From Bdellovibrionales bacterium (GTDB taxonomy: Bacteria; Bdellovibrionota; Bdellovibrionia; Bdellovibrionales; UBA840), in NCBI GenBank assembly GCA_037969075.1, contig JBBKWS010000188.1:1-27846 (forward strand): a stretch of 27,846 nt of DNA, written 5' to 3'. Position 1 is the first letter of the stretch. Every line of letters begins with the position of its first letter. The notes under the pieces are model-generated. The model was not told the DNA's origin and ran no database searches. It saw nothing but the letters and a program-made list of their open reading frames with translations. This document shows, piece after piece, positions 16,922 through 25,995 of the stretch. Made by a program: the position numbers and the translations under genes.

Positions 16922-18376
16922 TTACGACAACCTTCTTAAAAATTCTTCCATAATTTTTGTATATAGATCTTCACCTAGAAACTCATCTTCTACTCCGAAA
17001 TCAATATTTGGATTATCATTGATCTCGATAATTACTGGTTTATCATCCACGATTTTAATATCTACCCCGTATAAGCTATTACCAATTAAGTTGGCTGATT
17101 TAAGTGCCACCTTTAGTACTTCTTTGGGTACTTTTTGCAGGGAATAACTTTGCACATTTCCAGTTTTTATTTTTCCACTACCACTATGTTCAATGATTTG
17201 CCAATGTCCCTTGGACATAAAATATTTACATGAATACAATAGACGTTTATTCAAAATCCCTATGCGCCAATCAAATTCTGTCAATAAATACTCTTGTGCG
17301 ATCAAGAGATAGGTTTTCTCAAAAAGCTTAGCGCTCTCTTTAATAAGTTCTTCACGACTACTTACCCGCACCACTCCCACAGAAAATGATCCATCAGGTA
17401 TCTTTAATACGATTGGGTAAGCAATTTGCGCTTCTAACTTTTCAATATAATGAGAGTCTTCTTTATCTAAAATCATAGTTTTCGGGGCTCTGATTCCATT
17501 GATCTCTAATAAGTTTGAGAGATATACTTTGTTTGTACATTTTAAAATAGAGTTTGGGTCATCCATCACAGCCATCCCTAATGACTCTGCCTTCTTTGCA
17601 AACATATAGGTGTGGTTATTTAGATTAGTAGTTTCTCTAATAAATAGCGCATCATATTCTGAAAGATGCATATAATCATCTCTGGTAATTAGATCTACAT
17701 TGATACCAAGTCTCTTGCCGGCCTTACAAAATTGATTCAAAGCAGATTTATTACTAGGGGGCAGTTTTTCTTCAGGGTTATAAAGTATTGCAAGATCATA
17801 CTGATATGACTTTTTCGCTCTAGGTTTTCTCCATATTTTTTTACTAAATTCATCCAAAGCTGTTGCAAATAAGTCCTCTTCGTTTTCAAGTAAACTTGCA
17901 ATTGATACAGGTTTGATAGATTCAATTTGCCATTCTTTTTGTTTCGTAAACTTTACTTTAATTATGGGAAAAGAAAACACTTCGAATATTTTCTTAGATA
18001 GGTCCTCAAGCTCTTCAAACTGTGACTTCCCAAAATAGATCTGAAGGCTAAATGACTTTGCATCTTTATCTAAACTTGATATTTTAACTTTAGTTTCGAA
18101 ATCCTCTATCTCTAAACTGTAAATAGATTTTCGACTAATATCATTAATTGCTCTTACTGATGGTATAACTCGATGTTCTCTTGCTTCAGCCAATAGTGAG
18201 CAGTAGTAGCCCTTAGATTGATATTTATAACTTCTGCAAAGATTAATGACCTGCGCCCGATCAAAGCTCTTTTGATTGGATAAATGTAGATAGTCAGTGA
18301 CCGTGATTACGTTCTCACTTGGATAGTAACTAGACCAATCACTCAAAGAATTTACTACAACGAATAGTTTTGCCAT
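16922..18376 (-). CDS. RimK-family ATP-grasp ligase with RLAN N-terminal domain
   Basis: VINLCRSYKYQSKGYYCSLLAEAR.H (RLAN). DALFIRETT, CTNKVYL, VLKIPDGSFS.GV, FDWRIG, YGVDIK, IEINDNPNID. Confidence 0.92.
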   Translation of the reverse strand: MAKLFVVVNSLSDWSSYYPSENVITVTDYLHLSNQKSFDRAQVINLCRSYKYQSKGYYCSLLAEAREHRVIPSVRAINDISRKSIYSLEIEDFETKVKISSLDKDAKSFSLQIYFGKSQFEELEDLSKKIFEVFSFPIIKVKFTKQKEWQIESIKPVSIASLLENEEDLFATALDEFSKKIWRKPRAKKSYQYDLAILYNPEEKLPPSNKSALNQFCKAGKRLGINVDLITRDDYMHLSEYDALFIRETTNLNNHTYMFAKKAESLGMAVMDDPNSILKCTNKVYLSNLLEINGIRAPKTMILDKEDSHYIEKLEAQIAYPIVLKIPDGSFSVGVVRVSSREELIKESAKLFEKTYLLIAQEYLLTEFDWRIGILNKRLLYSCKYFMSKGHWQIIEHSGSGKIKTGNVQSYSLQKVPKEVLKVALKSANLIGNSLYGVDIKIVDDKPVIIEINDNPNIDFGVEDEFLGEDLYTKIMEEFLRRLS

Positions 18377-18445
18377 ATTTAAAGATGACTTAAGTTAATT
18401 CACCTGTAGGATAGTTTAGAGATTTATTTAGGACTATCAATTAAT

Positions 18446-19555
18446 ATGTTTAATAAAAAACACGTTGTAATTAAAAAAGCAAAGTTAGCAGATGCTACCA
18501 GCATTCATCATATTGAAACCCTTGCGTTTTCTTACAATAAGTTACAGTTAAGCAGCATTAAGTATCACATTAAAAACTCAAAGGCCTCCCTTCTGACTGC
18601 TCAGTATAAGGGCAAAGTAATAGGTTACAGCCTAGTATTCTTACCACTTTTTGCAAAGTATGCTCGTCTGTATTCTATAGCCATACACCCTGACTATAGA
18701 GGAAAGGGCATATCGGCTACACTCCTTCAAAGCCTTGAGGAACATGCTGTTGACCGCGGAAAAATACTAATACGCCTCGAAGTAAAGCCTGACAACAAAG
18801 CCGCCATTCACTTATATGAATCTCACTTCTATAGAAGGTTTAAGGTAATTAAAAATTACTATGAAGACCATAGCCCTGCTCTACAATACGAAAAGCGAAT
18901 TTTACCTAGTAAAAATCAACTAAAGCGCAATATCCCATACTACTCTCAAAAGACTGATTTTACCTGTGGGCCAGCGTCACTCCTAATGCTTATGTCGGCA
19001 TTAGATAAAAAAGTAAAAATGGATATTACCGAGGAGTTAAGCATATGGCGCGAAGCCACCACAATTTTTATGACCGCAGGGCATGGTGGTTGTGGACCAA
19101 GGGGCTTAGCAATAGCAGCCTTTAATAGAGGCTACAGATCAGCAATCATACTTAATAAGACCGAACCTCTCTTTATGGAAGGACTTCGAACTAAAAAGAA
19201 AAAAGAAATCATTAAAGTTGTTCACAGTAATTTTGTCGATACCATAAAAAAATTAAAGATACCTGTTGTCTATAAAGATTGGGTTTGGAAAGATATTGAT
19301 ACGAAGATTAAAAATGGATACCTAGCATTGATATTAATTAGCTCTTATAAAATTACTAAAACAAAAGCTCCTCATTGGGTTGCTCTTAGCGGAATTGATT
19401 CTAACCATATCTATCTACATGATCCCGATCTACACAAGGGAAAATCTATAATTGATAACTGTCACATACCTGTAGAAAAAAAAGAATTCTCAAAAATGGC
19501 TAAATTTGGAAAGTCACAATTGCAAGCGGTAGTATTTATTAAAAAACGGGGATGA
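18446..19555 (+). CDS. GNAT acetyltransferase fused to a C39-like (DUF3335) cysteine peptidase
   Basis: RLYSIAIHPDYRGKG, LEV..DN..AI.LY, YY.D (RimI-like). PYYSQ..FTCGPASLLM, WREATTIFMTAGHGGC, PHWV, HDPD. Confidence 0.9.
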   Translation: MFNKKHVVIKKAKLADATSIHHIETLAFSYNKLQLSSIKYHIKNSKASLLTAQYKGKVIGYSLVFLPLFAKYARLYSIAIHPDYRGKGISATLLQSLEEHAVDRGKILIRLEVKPDNKAAIHLYESHFYRRFKVIKNYYEDHSPALQYEKRILPSKNQLKRNIPYYSQKTDFTCGPASLLMLMSALDKKVKMDITEELSIWREATTIFMTAGHGGCGPRGLAIAAFNRGYRSAIILNKTEPLFMEGLRTKKKKEIIKVVHSNFVDTIKKLKIPVVYKDWVWKDIDTKIKNGYLALILISSYKITKTKAPHWVALSGIDSNHIYLHDPDLHKGKSIIDNCHIPVEKKEFSKMAKFGKSQLQAVVFIKKRG

Positions 19556-20405
19556 ATTCAGCGCCAGTCGGCTCTTGTCCCTCTTGCCACAGACTTAAAA
19601 CAAATCCTCCATCACCGGACCCCGTAGGCTTAACAGCCATTGCCCCGTGGTTTTTAAGAATTTGCATATGCTCTCTTAAGTTTGCGTTCACTAAATTCCA
19701 ATCTTGAAAACAAGAAAGTCCTAGATCCATTCCTTCTTTTAAAAGAAAATCATCTTTTTCTTCGGTCAAAGCTTTGGTTATTAATAGCACTGATTGCTTC
19801 ATCTTCTCATCTACACGTACAGCTCTCGAAGAATAATCTTCATGCATTTTTTTCACTTTGGTAACACAGTCCGATGTAAGCCCTCGGTTACCAGAATAGG
19901 ATAAATATAAATTAGGCTGCCACAAAAAATCAATTTTTTGCATCCCATCCGCTCTATTAAAGAGAATAGACTTACCTTCAAGAATAACCGCAATATCAAG
20001 CCCACTACTCTCACCATGAAATAAATTTTCAATCTCTCTTGCAAAATTAAATGCATTAGACTTTTCAACCCAGCCCATATGTATAAAAAGTTGCACCACC
20101 GCTACGCAAAAGGCAGCAGATGCTCCAAGACCCGAACCAATAGGTATATTGTTGGTTACTTCTAACATACCGTTAATATCTTTTTTTGATTTATCAGCTA
20201 ATTCTAAAGCTTTTTCCAACGCTACTAAAAAAGGAATTCGTAATTCTTCTCCCCTAGTTCCTAAAAAATTAGTCTTGAATTCTTTACCTTCAAAAAACTC
20301 AACCTGCATCTGACAACGTACTAATGGGACGGCTAAAGCACTTCCGCCCCTAAGTACAGTATGTTCACCAGACAAAATACATTTTGCAAAACCATTATGT
20401 TTCAT
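19539..20405 (-). CDS. mvk: Mevalonate kinase
   Basis: AKCILSGEH, IPIGSGLGASAA, FHGESSGLD, KPTGSGDGG; pathway context. Confidence 0.9.
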   Translation of the reverse strand: MKHNGFAKCILSGEHTVLRGGSALAVPLVRCQMQVEFFEGKEFKTNFLGTRGEELRIPFLVALEKALELADKSKKDINGMLEVTNNIPIGSGLGASAAFCVAVVQLFIHMGWVEKSNAFNFAREIENLFHGESSGLDIAVILEGKSILFNRADGMQKIDFLWQPNLYLSYSGNRGLTSDCVTKVKKMHEDYSSRAVRVDEKMKQSVLLITKALTEEKDDFLLKEGMDLGLSCFQDWNLVNANLREHMQILKNHGAMAVKPTGSGDGGFVLSLWQEGQEPTGAEFIPVF

Positions 20406-21372
20406 TGCTACTCATCATTTTATAATTAGAATATTTGGTTTTATAATCCAAAAACATTTGTTTCTGTTCGTTATTAAAAAACAAATGAATATTAGGCCCC
20501 GCATCCATTGTAACTATCGGACCCGAGCCATCTTTTTCATAGTTAAGTAAGAGTGCCGCCAATAGTTTTTTGGATTCATCCGTTATAAAAGAAAATGGGG
20601 GATCAGCAGTTTCAAAAAGATTATGCATATCTATAAATTCGTCCCAAACAATTTTTCGGCTTGTATCCCAATCCGATGCCAATAAAGATTTTTCTAGCCT
20701 AACCTGTCTATCTTCTGCTCTTTGAATTCTATTCAAAAAATTAGGGCTAGTCGGCACTCGCCGGTGGGCATCGCTTGAGCTAACTTCCTTTTTACCTTCT
20801 TCAAGTAAAAATACAATGTGATGTAAATCTTTGTACGGGAAATTCATACTGGTTACCCGCTCTTTTTCCCATTTACAAAATCCCTCAAAAAATGACCTGC
20901 AAGAAGAACCCGATCCCAACCTAGAAATTCTGGCTAGAGCTTCATTCACTTGCAAATCACTATTTTTCAATAAAATAGACTGAGCCCTATCACCATGCTG
21001 CAGTTTGCAAAGTTCCCAAGCTCCTTTTGTAAGAGCTGCAAAACTTGATGCGCTTGAGGCCAGCCCTGCATCCGCCGGAAATGTATTGGCAGATTTTAGT
21101 AAAAAATTTCCTGCAATTTGAAGTTCATTTTTTAAAAGTAAAAAGAAACGTAAAAATTTTTCTTTTCCTTCCTCTGACAATGCCAGAGGGTAGTAGCCAT
21201 CTAGTAACTGCCAATCATCGACATTGTTTTCAGTAATCTCAATATGAGTTTTAAGGTAATCAACAGTATAAGACATTGAGGGATTTGTTGGGATATTTGA
21301 TTTTACATCCGTTTTTCCCATATACTTAATAAGAGCAATATTTGATGGCGCACTGATTTCGATAGTCTTCAT
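20395..21372 (-). CDS. mvaD: Diphosphomevalonate decarboxylase
   Basis: APSNIALIKYMGK, NTFPADAGLASSASSFAA, RLGSGSSCRS, TMDAGPNIH. Confidence 0.94.
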   Translation of the reverse strand: MKTIEISAPSNIALIKYMGKTDVKSNIPTNPSMSYTVDYLKTHIEITENNVDDWQLLDGYYPLALSEEGKEKFLRFFLLLKNELQIAGNFLLKSANTFPADAGLASSASSFAALTKGAWELCKLQHGDRAQSILLKNSDLQVNEALARISRLGSGSSCRSFFEGFCKWEKERVTSMNFPYKDLHHIVFLLEEGKKEVSSSDAHRRVPTSPNFLNRIQRAEDRQVRLEKSLLASDWDTSRKIVWDEFIDMHNLFETADPPFSFITDESKKLLAALLLNYEKDGSGPIVTMDAGPNIHLFFNNEQKQMFLDYKTKYSNYKMMSSNET

Positions 21373-22346
21373 TACTTACTACCCGCCACATGCATATCAT
21401 CACCGCTCGTAAGATTTTCTACGGTTAAACCGCTACTAACATCATTCGAAGTAGCTATAACCTCAAAATCATTTTCTTCAGCCCAATCCATAAAATCTGA
21501 CATTAATTCTTTAATGGTAATAACGAGTATCACATCAGCACCTAGCGCGCCACAGCCCTTATATGCTAAAACCTCAGGTCTTTCTTGCAAATGTGAATAC
21601 AGGCCAACACTATTAGAATCTACTAATTGTTGATTAATAAGGGATTCTCTAAATTGATTTACGCAGTCTAAAAACAATTCTTCATCTTTCACTTCTAAGC
21701 TCTCGCCAGTTAGTAGCGAATACTTGGCCAGCTCAGAAAAATTAATGCTACTTAAACCTGATAGATGTGCATGGGTTGCGACTTTTGTTCCTGTTCTTAA
21801 TAAACAAAAGCTAATGTCTTGAAACGGCCAATTGGCATAATGCTTATAGTCTTCAATCAACACCGATAAAATTTTTGAATTTTCAAATTTCTTAGGAGCC
21901 GTAACTTGTAATATTCCACCCTGCAATTGACATAAAACATCCAGCCCACTCGGGGCCCAGCCCTGCCCATTCCAGGCGTAACGCAAAAACTCTTCTAAAA
22001 GTTCTGTTGGTTTTATATCTGGCAAAACTTGATCATTTTTAATCCAAGCCTTAAGAGCGTATAACATAATAAATTGCGCGCTCGACCAACCAAGCCCACC
22101 TTTTCCTTCATGAGGATCATAAAATGAAATTGAGTAAGATGAAAATATATCGATATTATTTTTTAAAAAATCCATCGCAGGGCCTTGTAAAGACAGACCT
22201 TCAATCATTCCATCTCTATCGGCGTCTACTTTTCTTATAACTGCTTCAAACCTAGGAAAAGTCCCAACCAGCACACCACTTCCACCTTGTAGAACCGCAT
22301 ACTCACCCGTTAAAAATGTTTTACTTGGCACACTAAATTTAAACAT
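21372..22346 (-). CDS. GHMP kinase, probable phosphomevalonate kinase
   Basis: PSKTFLTGEYAVL, GKGGLGWSSA, SGLDV, KGCGALGAD. Lies between fni and mvaD. Confidence 0.8.
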   Translation of the reverse strand: MFKFSVPSKTFLTGEYAVLQGGSGVLVGTFPRFEAVIRKVDADRDGMIEGLSLQGPAMDFLKNNIDIFSSYSISFYDPHEGKGGLGWSSAQFIMLYALKAWIKNDQVLPDIKPTELLEEFLRYAWNGQGWAPSGLDVLCQLQGGILQVTAPKKFENSKILSVLIEDYKHYANWPFQDISFCLLRTGTKVATHAHLSGLSSINFSELAKYSLLTGESLEVKDEELFLDCVNQFRESLINQQLVDSNSVGLYSHLQERPEVLAYKGCGALGADVILVITIKELMSDFMDWAEENDFEVIATSNDVSSGLTVENLTSGDDMHVAGSK

Positions 22347-23418
22347 CTGAACTCTCTACTAGTTGATTATAACCTTTGATATGCTTTACATTTTGTAAGT
22401 CTTTAATGTTTTTCGAGCCCGTGCAAAACATAGCTACTTTTAATTCATACTCGATTTGTTGCAATAGTTCCACAACCGCCTCAGTAGAGACAAGTGCCCT
22501 TTCCATAATTGGCTTTGCTAAAGAAACTTTTTTTGCACCCAGCGCTATACATTTCGCCGCATCCAAACCACTTCTAATTCCGCCACTTGCCCAAATTTGA
22601 TATTTTAATTTTTGCATTTGCGCTGCCAGCAAAGAATCTAAAGTTGAGTTTCCCCAGTCCTTAAACGTCTCAGCAACATCAGCCTTGTACCCTGAGTTTC
22701 TTTTACCCTCAATGCGCCCCCAATGAGTTCCACCTAAGCCACTGATATCTACAGCATAAAGACCGATTTCATTGATTTGTTTTAACGTTGACGCTGAAAA
22801 TCCACATCCCGTTTCTTTTAAAATAACTGGAATTGTAAGTTCTTTGCAGATGGTCTCTAAAGACGTAATTCCATTTTTAAAGTTAGGAGTTCCTTCGCGC
22901 TGAATAGCCTCTTGTAGTGGATTTGTATGCACCATCAAAGCCTTAGCACCCATTTTATCTACCAGATTTTTTATTTCATCAGACCTTGATTGAATCAACT
23001 GGCTTAGACCAATATTACCGATCAAAAATAAATTCGAATATTTCTTTTGAAGCTCATTCCAAATTTTTCCATCATTAACATCATATAGCTCACGCCTTTG
23101 AGACCCAACGGCAAATGGCCAAGACATCTCGCTGCAAGCTTCGGCCAATGTGCGATTGATCTTATCACCCTCGCTGTGACCTGCAGTCATTGAGGCTACA
23201 AAAAAGGGAGATGAAAACAGCTTACAAGAATCATCAGTAATACTGATTTCTTCAAAGTCGATTTCTGGGAGTGCGTTGTGTTTTAATTGAATATGGTCCA
23301 AGCCAAGAAGACCTCTTGTTTGAACCTCAGGATCCAGAGAAAGCTTGATGTGATCTTGCTTTCTCTGCTCAAATTGGTCTGTATTTTCTTGCGTGGAAGG
23401 CCTGTGTCCTTCTTCCAT
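22339..23418 (-). CDS. fni: Type 2 isopentenyl-diphosphate isomerase
   Basis: RKQDHI, SMTAG, VGSQR, H.NPLQE..Q.EG, KETGCG, GGT.W..IE..R, ASGGIR. Confidence 0.95.
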   Translation of the reverse strand: MEEGHRPSTQENTDQFEQRKQDHIKLSLDPEVQTRGLLGLDHIQLKHNALPEIDFEEISITDDSCKLFSSPFFVASMTAGHSEGDKINRTLAEACSEMSWPFAVGSQRRELYDVNDGKIWNELQKKYSNLFLIGNIGLSQLIQSRSDEIKNLVDKMGAKALMVHTNPLQEAIQREGTPNFKNGITSLETICKELTIPVILKETGCGFSASTLKQINEIGLYAVDISGLGGTHWGRIEGKRNSGYKADVAETFKDWGNSTLDSLLAAQMQKLKYQIWASGGIRSGLDAAKCIALGAKKVSLAKPIMERALVSTEAVVELLQQIEYELKVAMFCTGSKNIKDLQNVKHIKGYNQLVESSDV

Positions 23419-23449
23419 CTATGCTTCCTTTTATAGTAATATAGAGAAG

Positions 23450-23473
23450 AAACTAGGTTTTTAAACCTAGTTT
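23450..23473 (-). terminator. Hairpin at the rplT stop, probable intrinsic terminator
   Basis: 11-bp perfect inverted repeat AAACTAGGTTT-TT-AAACCTAGTTT containing the rplT TAG, followed on the minus strand by a pyrimidine run. Confidence 0.6.
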
Positions 23474-23814
23474 ACAGCCTGTTTACAAAGTGTAGCAAAT
23501 GCAGAGGCATCATTAACAGCGATAAATGCTAGTGACTTACGATCTAATGTCACACCTGCTGTTGATAATCCATGGATTAATCTAGAGTAGGTTGTACCAT
23601 TCAATCTAGCCGCGGCATTGATACGAACTGTCCATAAGCGTCTAAACATTCTTTTATTAACTTTACGATCACGGAAAGCATATGCCATACCACGATCATT
23701 TTTTTCACGAGCGATTGAGTACGAGCGAGAACCTGCTGCGTAATAACCTTTTGCTCTTTTTAAGACTTTCTTTTTTCTTCTACGGGATTTAAATCCACCT
23801 TTTGCGCGTGCCAT
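23467..23814 (-). CDS. rplT: 50S ribosomal protein L20
   Basis: MARAKGG...AKGY...YAFRDRK..KR.FR.LW..RINAAAR...LDRK.LA. Confidence 0.98.
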   Translation of the reverse strand: MARAKGGFKSRRRKKKVLKRAKGYYAAGSRSYSIAREKNDRGMAYAFRDRKVNKRMFRRLWTVRINAAARLNGTTYSRLIHGLSTAGVTLDRKSLAFIAVNDASAFATLCKQAVN

Positions 23815-23830
23815 TTTCTATTCTCCTACC

Positions 23831-24022
23831 TTAAATACCTAATAAACGTTCAACTTGCTTCATATTAGCGCCGTCGACGTAGGTAGTTCCTGTTAAATTA
23901 GCTTTTCTGCTAGCGGTTTTATTTTCTAAGCGGTGACGTTTTCTACAATGCTTACGCTTCACTTTTCCGGACTTAAGCGCGACTAAACGCTTTTTAGCAC
24001 CCGCATGGGTTTTGAACTTCAT
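23831..24022 (-). CDS. rpmI: 50S ribosomal protein L35
   Basis: KFKTHAGAKKR....SGK.KR.....RH.L. Directly upstream of rplT. GAGGAG RBS. Confidence 0.96.
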   Translation of the reverse strand: MKFKTHAGAKKRLVALKSGKVKRKHCRKRHRLENKTASRKANLTGTTYVDGANMKQVERLLGI

Positions 24023-24216
24023 TTTATCTCCTCTTCTGTGAAGGCGCTCAAGACCAAATCGGCCGAGACTTTTGGAGCCATTCTCAGTAGTTAGAGGCTA
24101 GTAGTAGTCAGTTTAATGCTCTTTGGCAAGCATAAAATCTCGACCTCCGGGCAGCTGCTTATTTTAAAATTTAGCCTTATCCTATTAGGTATATCACATC
24201 CAATATAGGGGTACCC

Positions 24217-24702
24217 ATGAAGCTTATTATTCTATTTAGCCTGCTTTTTACGCTAATCGCTTGTAGTGATGGCCGAATCGTAGACCCGGATGTTCCTTCT
24301 CCGCCAGCAGATGAGGGTATCCAATCGGGCCCTGTGACTGGTCAGTTTTTTAATGCTCCTTGGACATTCAATCAAGGCATTGCTCGCATCCGTACTGTTG
24401 GTGGAGCAAAGACCTATTTGATCGATCTATGGGAAGAGACCTTCGCCAATCCGTGTGATCCATTTAATGCCCCCACCAGAAGCCTATTATTTATCTTACC
24501 GTCTACGGTGGGGTCATATAATTTAAACAACAACCGTACGGTCACGTTTAGTGGTGGCGGATCAAACTTAGTGGCAACCGAAGGCATCTATAAGCTAACT
24601 ACAGCCAACGAGGCTGAAGCCTCTATCATCGGCGGCATTAAAGTAATCTTTGATGCTGGCAACACGCTTAACGGCAGCTTTGAAGTTAGTCTTTGTCCCT
24701 AA
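24217..24702 (+). CDS. Hypothetical lipoprotein (beta-rich)
   Basis: AGGGG RBS. MKLIILFSLLFTLIA-C lipobox and a Pro-rich tether. Confidence 0.85.
   Translation: MKLIILFSLLFTLIACSDGRIVDPDVPSPPADEGIQSGPVTGQFFNAPWTFNQGIARIRTVGGAKTYLIDLWEETFANPCDPFNAPTRSLLFILPSTVGSYNLNNNRTVTFSGGGSNLVATEGIYKLTTANEAEASIIGGIKVIFDAGNTLNGSFEVSLCP
24575..24694 (+). repeat. 120-bp direct repeat, copy 1 (copy 2 at 26102-26221)
   Basis: Ungapped hand alignment gives 5 mismatches in 120 bp. Confidence 0.95.
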
Positions 24703-24769
24703 CTAATGTGTAATAAAACAAAAAAACATATATAGACTTACTTCCAAATAGAAGTTTCAACGATTTTAT

Positions 24770-25966
24770 TTATTCAGAAAGTATATCTTTGATTGCATTT
24801 ATTCTTGTTTTTACAAAAGCTATTAACTCTACAGCTGAAATAGGAGTCTCCAAAGCCTCAATTTTTGATTTTTCAGACTCTACCAATTCATCAATAAATT
24901 TTTTTACGTTTTCACGAGACCGAGCATTAAGAGCAGCAACTTCATTTTTCGACTTATTAGGTATCTGCCTTAATAAGGCGCCTGATTGCTCAAGAATATT
25001 AAAGGCAGCCTGCGCAAGTTGGTAGGGGTTTGAAATAAACTCTCCTATATCTCTAATTGGAAATAAAGTGAGATTGTCAATTTTATCTTCGATTTCTTTG
25101 CTGTCAGTTACTTTTCCACCACTTTTTTCAATTTGTTCTTGCTTAAAAATAACCCCTATATTTCCAGTCGCAAAGTCTATATTTCGAACTATATTATTTA
25201 GCAACAGGCTAAAGGAGTAATTTACGATCTCTTTTTCTATCGGCGAAAGGGTAGCATCTTTATCTATTTTTGCTTTATAGCGAAACACAATTTTGATATT
25301 CAACTTGATGTAATCCAAAATAGATTTAGGCATAAGTATAGAAGATAAGTGATAAGCTACGTCATGTACCGCATAATGACCCGAAATAGCTACCGGTAGA
25401 CTAGATTCTCTAAGAATATTTGATAAATACTCAATTCCTTCCTCAGCTTTTGGACTGGTTCTATGGAATCGCATTATTATTTCTTCAACGCCTCGTTCAG
25501 CAAGAGTCTTATTTATATCAGTTATTCGATGATTCATAAATTCCGGAGTTGGCGCAGTCATAGTATCATTATATATTTTTCTAAACCCAAAGTGGTACCC
25601 CACTTCAGCACCAAAAAGCATTGGGAACCAGCGTGGATCACCTTGAGGGTTTTTTGGCGCTGGAGAATAAGCGGAGTTCCATGATTCTCCATTTTTATTA
25701 AGGAAAAGTAATACGCTGCCATCCTGCATTTTGCCAATACCTTGGGTAACTACCGTTGGATTAGTAGCTTTCGGAAGATCGCTAAGGTCCACAGCTTCGA
25801 ACTTAGTGTCTTGATACAACAACATTGAAGTATTATTCGTGTCGAACAAGGGAGCGCATTTGTCTTCGCTAGCGATCACTTTAGAAGCCAAAAAAAGTAA
25901 GGCGGTCGAACAAAATATCGACACTGCGATTGAACCAAGTCTAAGAATCTGGCATTTTGTTTTCAT
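24770..25966 (-). CDS. Hypothetical secreted protein with H-x3-HD-x3-H motif
   Basis: Long ORF (track start 25996). ATG 25966 gives the signal peptide MKTKCQ...LASKVIA-SEDKCAPLF. Contains the motif HYAVHDVAYH. Confidence 0.75.
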   Translation of the reverse strand: MKTKCQILRLGSIAVSIFCSTALLFLASKVIASEDKCAPLFDTNNTSMLLYQDTKFEAVDLSDLPKATNPTVVTQGIGKMQDGSVLLFLNKNGESWNSAYSPAPKNPQGDPRWFPMLFGAEVGYHFGFRKIYNDTMTAPTPEFMNHRITDINKTLAERGVEEIIMRFHRTSPKAEEGIEYLSNILRESSLPVAISGHYAVHDVAYHLSSILMPKSILDYIKLNIKIVFRYKAKIDKDATLSPIEKEIVNYSFSLLLNNIVRNIDFATGNIGVIFKQEQIEKSGGKVTDSKEIEDKIDNLTLFPIRDIGEFISNPYQLAQAAFNILEQSGALLRQIPNKSKNEVAALNARSRENVKKFIDELVESEKSKIEALETPISAVELIAFVKTRINAIKDILSE

Positions 25967-25979
25967 ATACACATTAGAG

Positions 25980-25995
25980 AGCAATAGATGTACCA
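25980..25995 (-). promoter_or_regulatory. Putative sigma54 promoter
   Basis: Minus strand TGGTACATCTATTGCT closely matches TGGYAC-N5-TTGCW, just upstream of ATG 25966. Confidence 0.6.

Noticed and set aside
10792..19553. Apparent terminal inverted repeats at the accessory block ends (ATCCCTTTTTTTAA vs TTAAAAAACGGGGAT)
   Set aside because: Low complexity and imperfect, explained by Lys-Lys-(Arg)-Gly codons at two C-termini. No transposase or target duplication.
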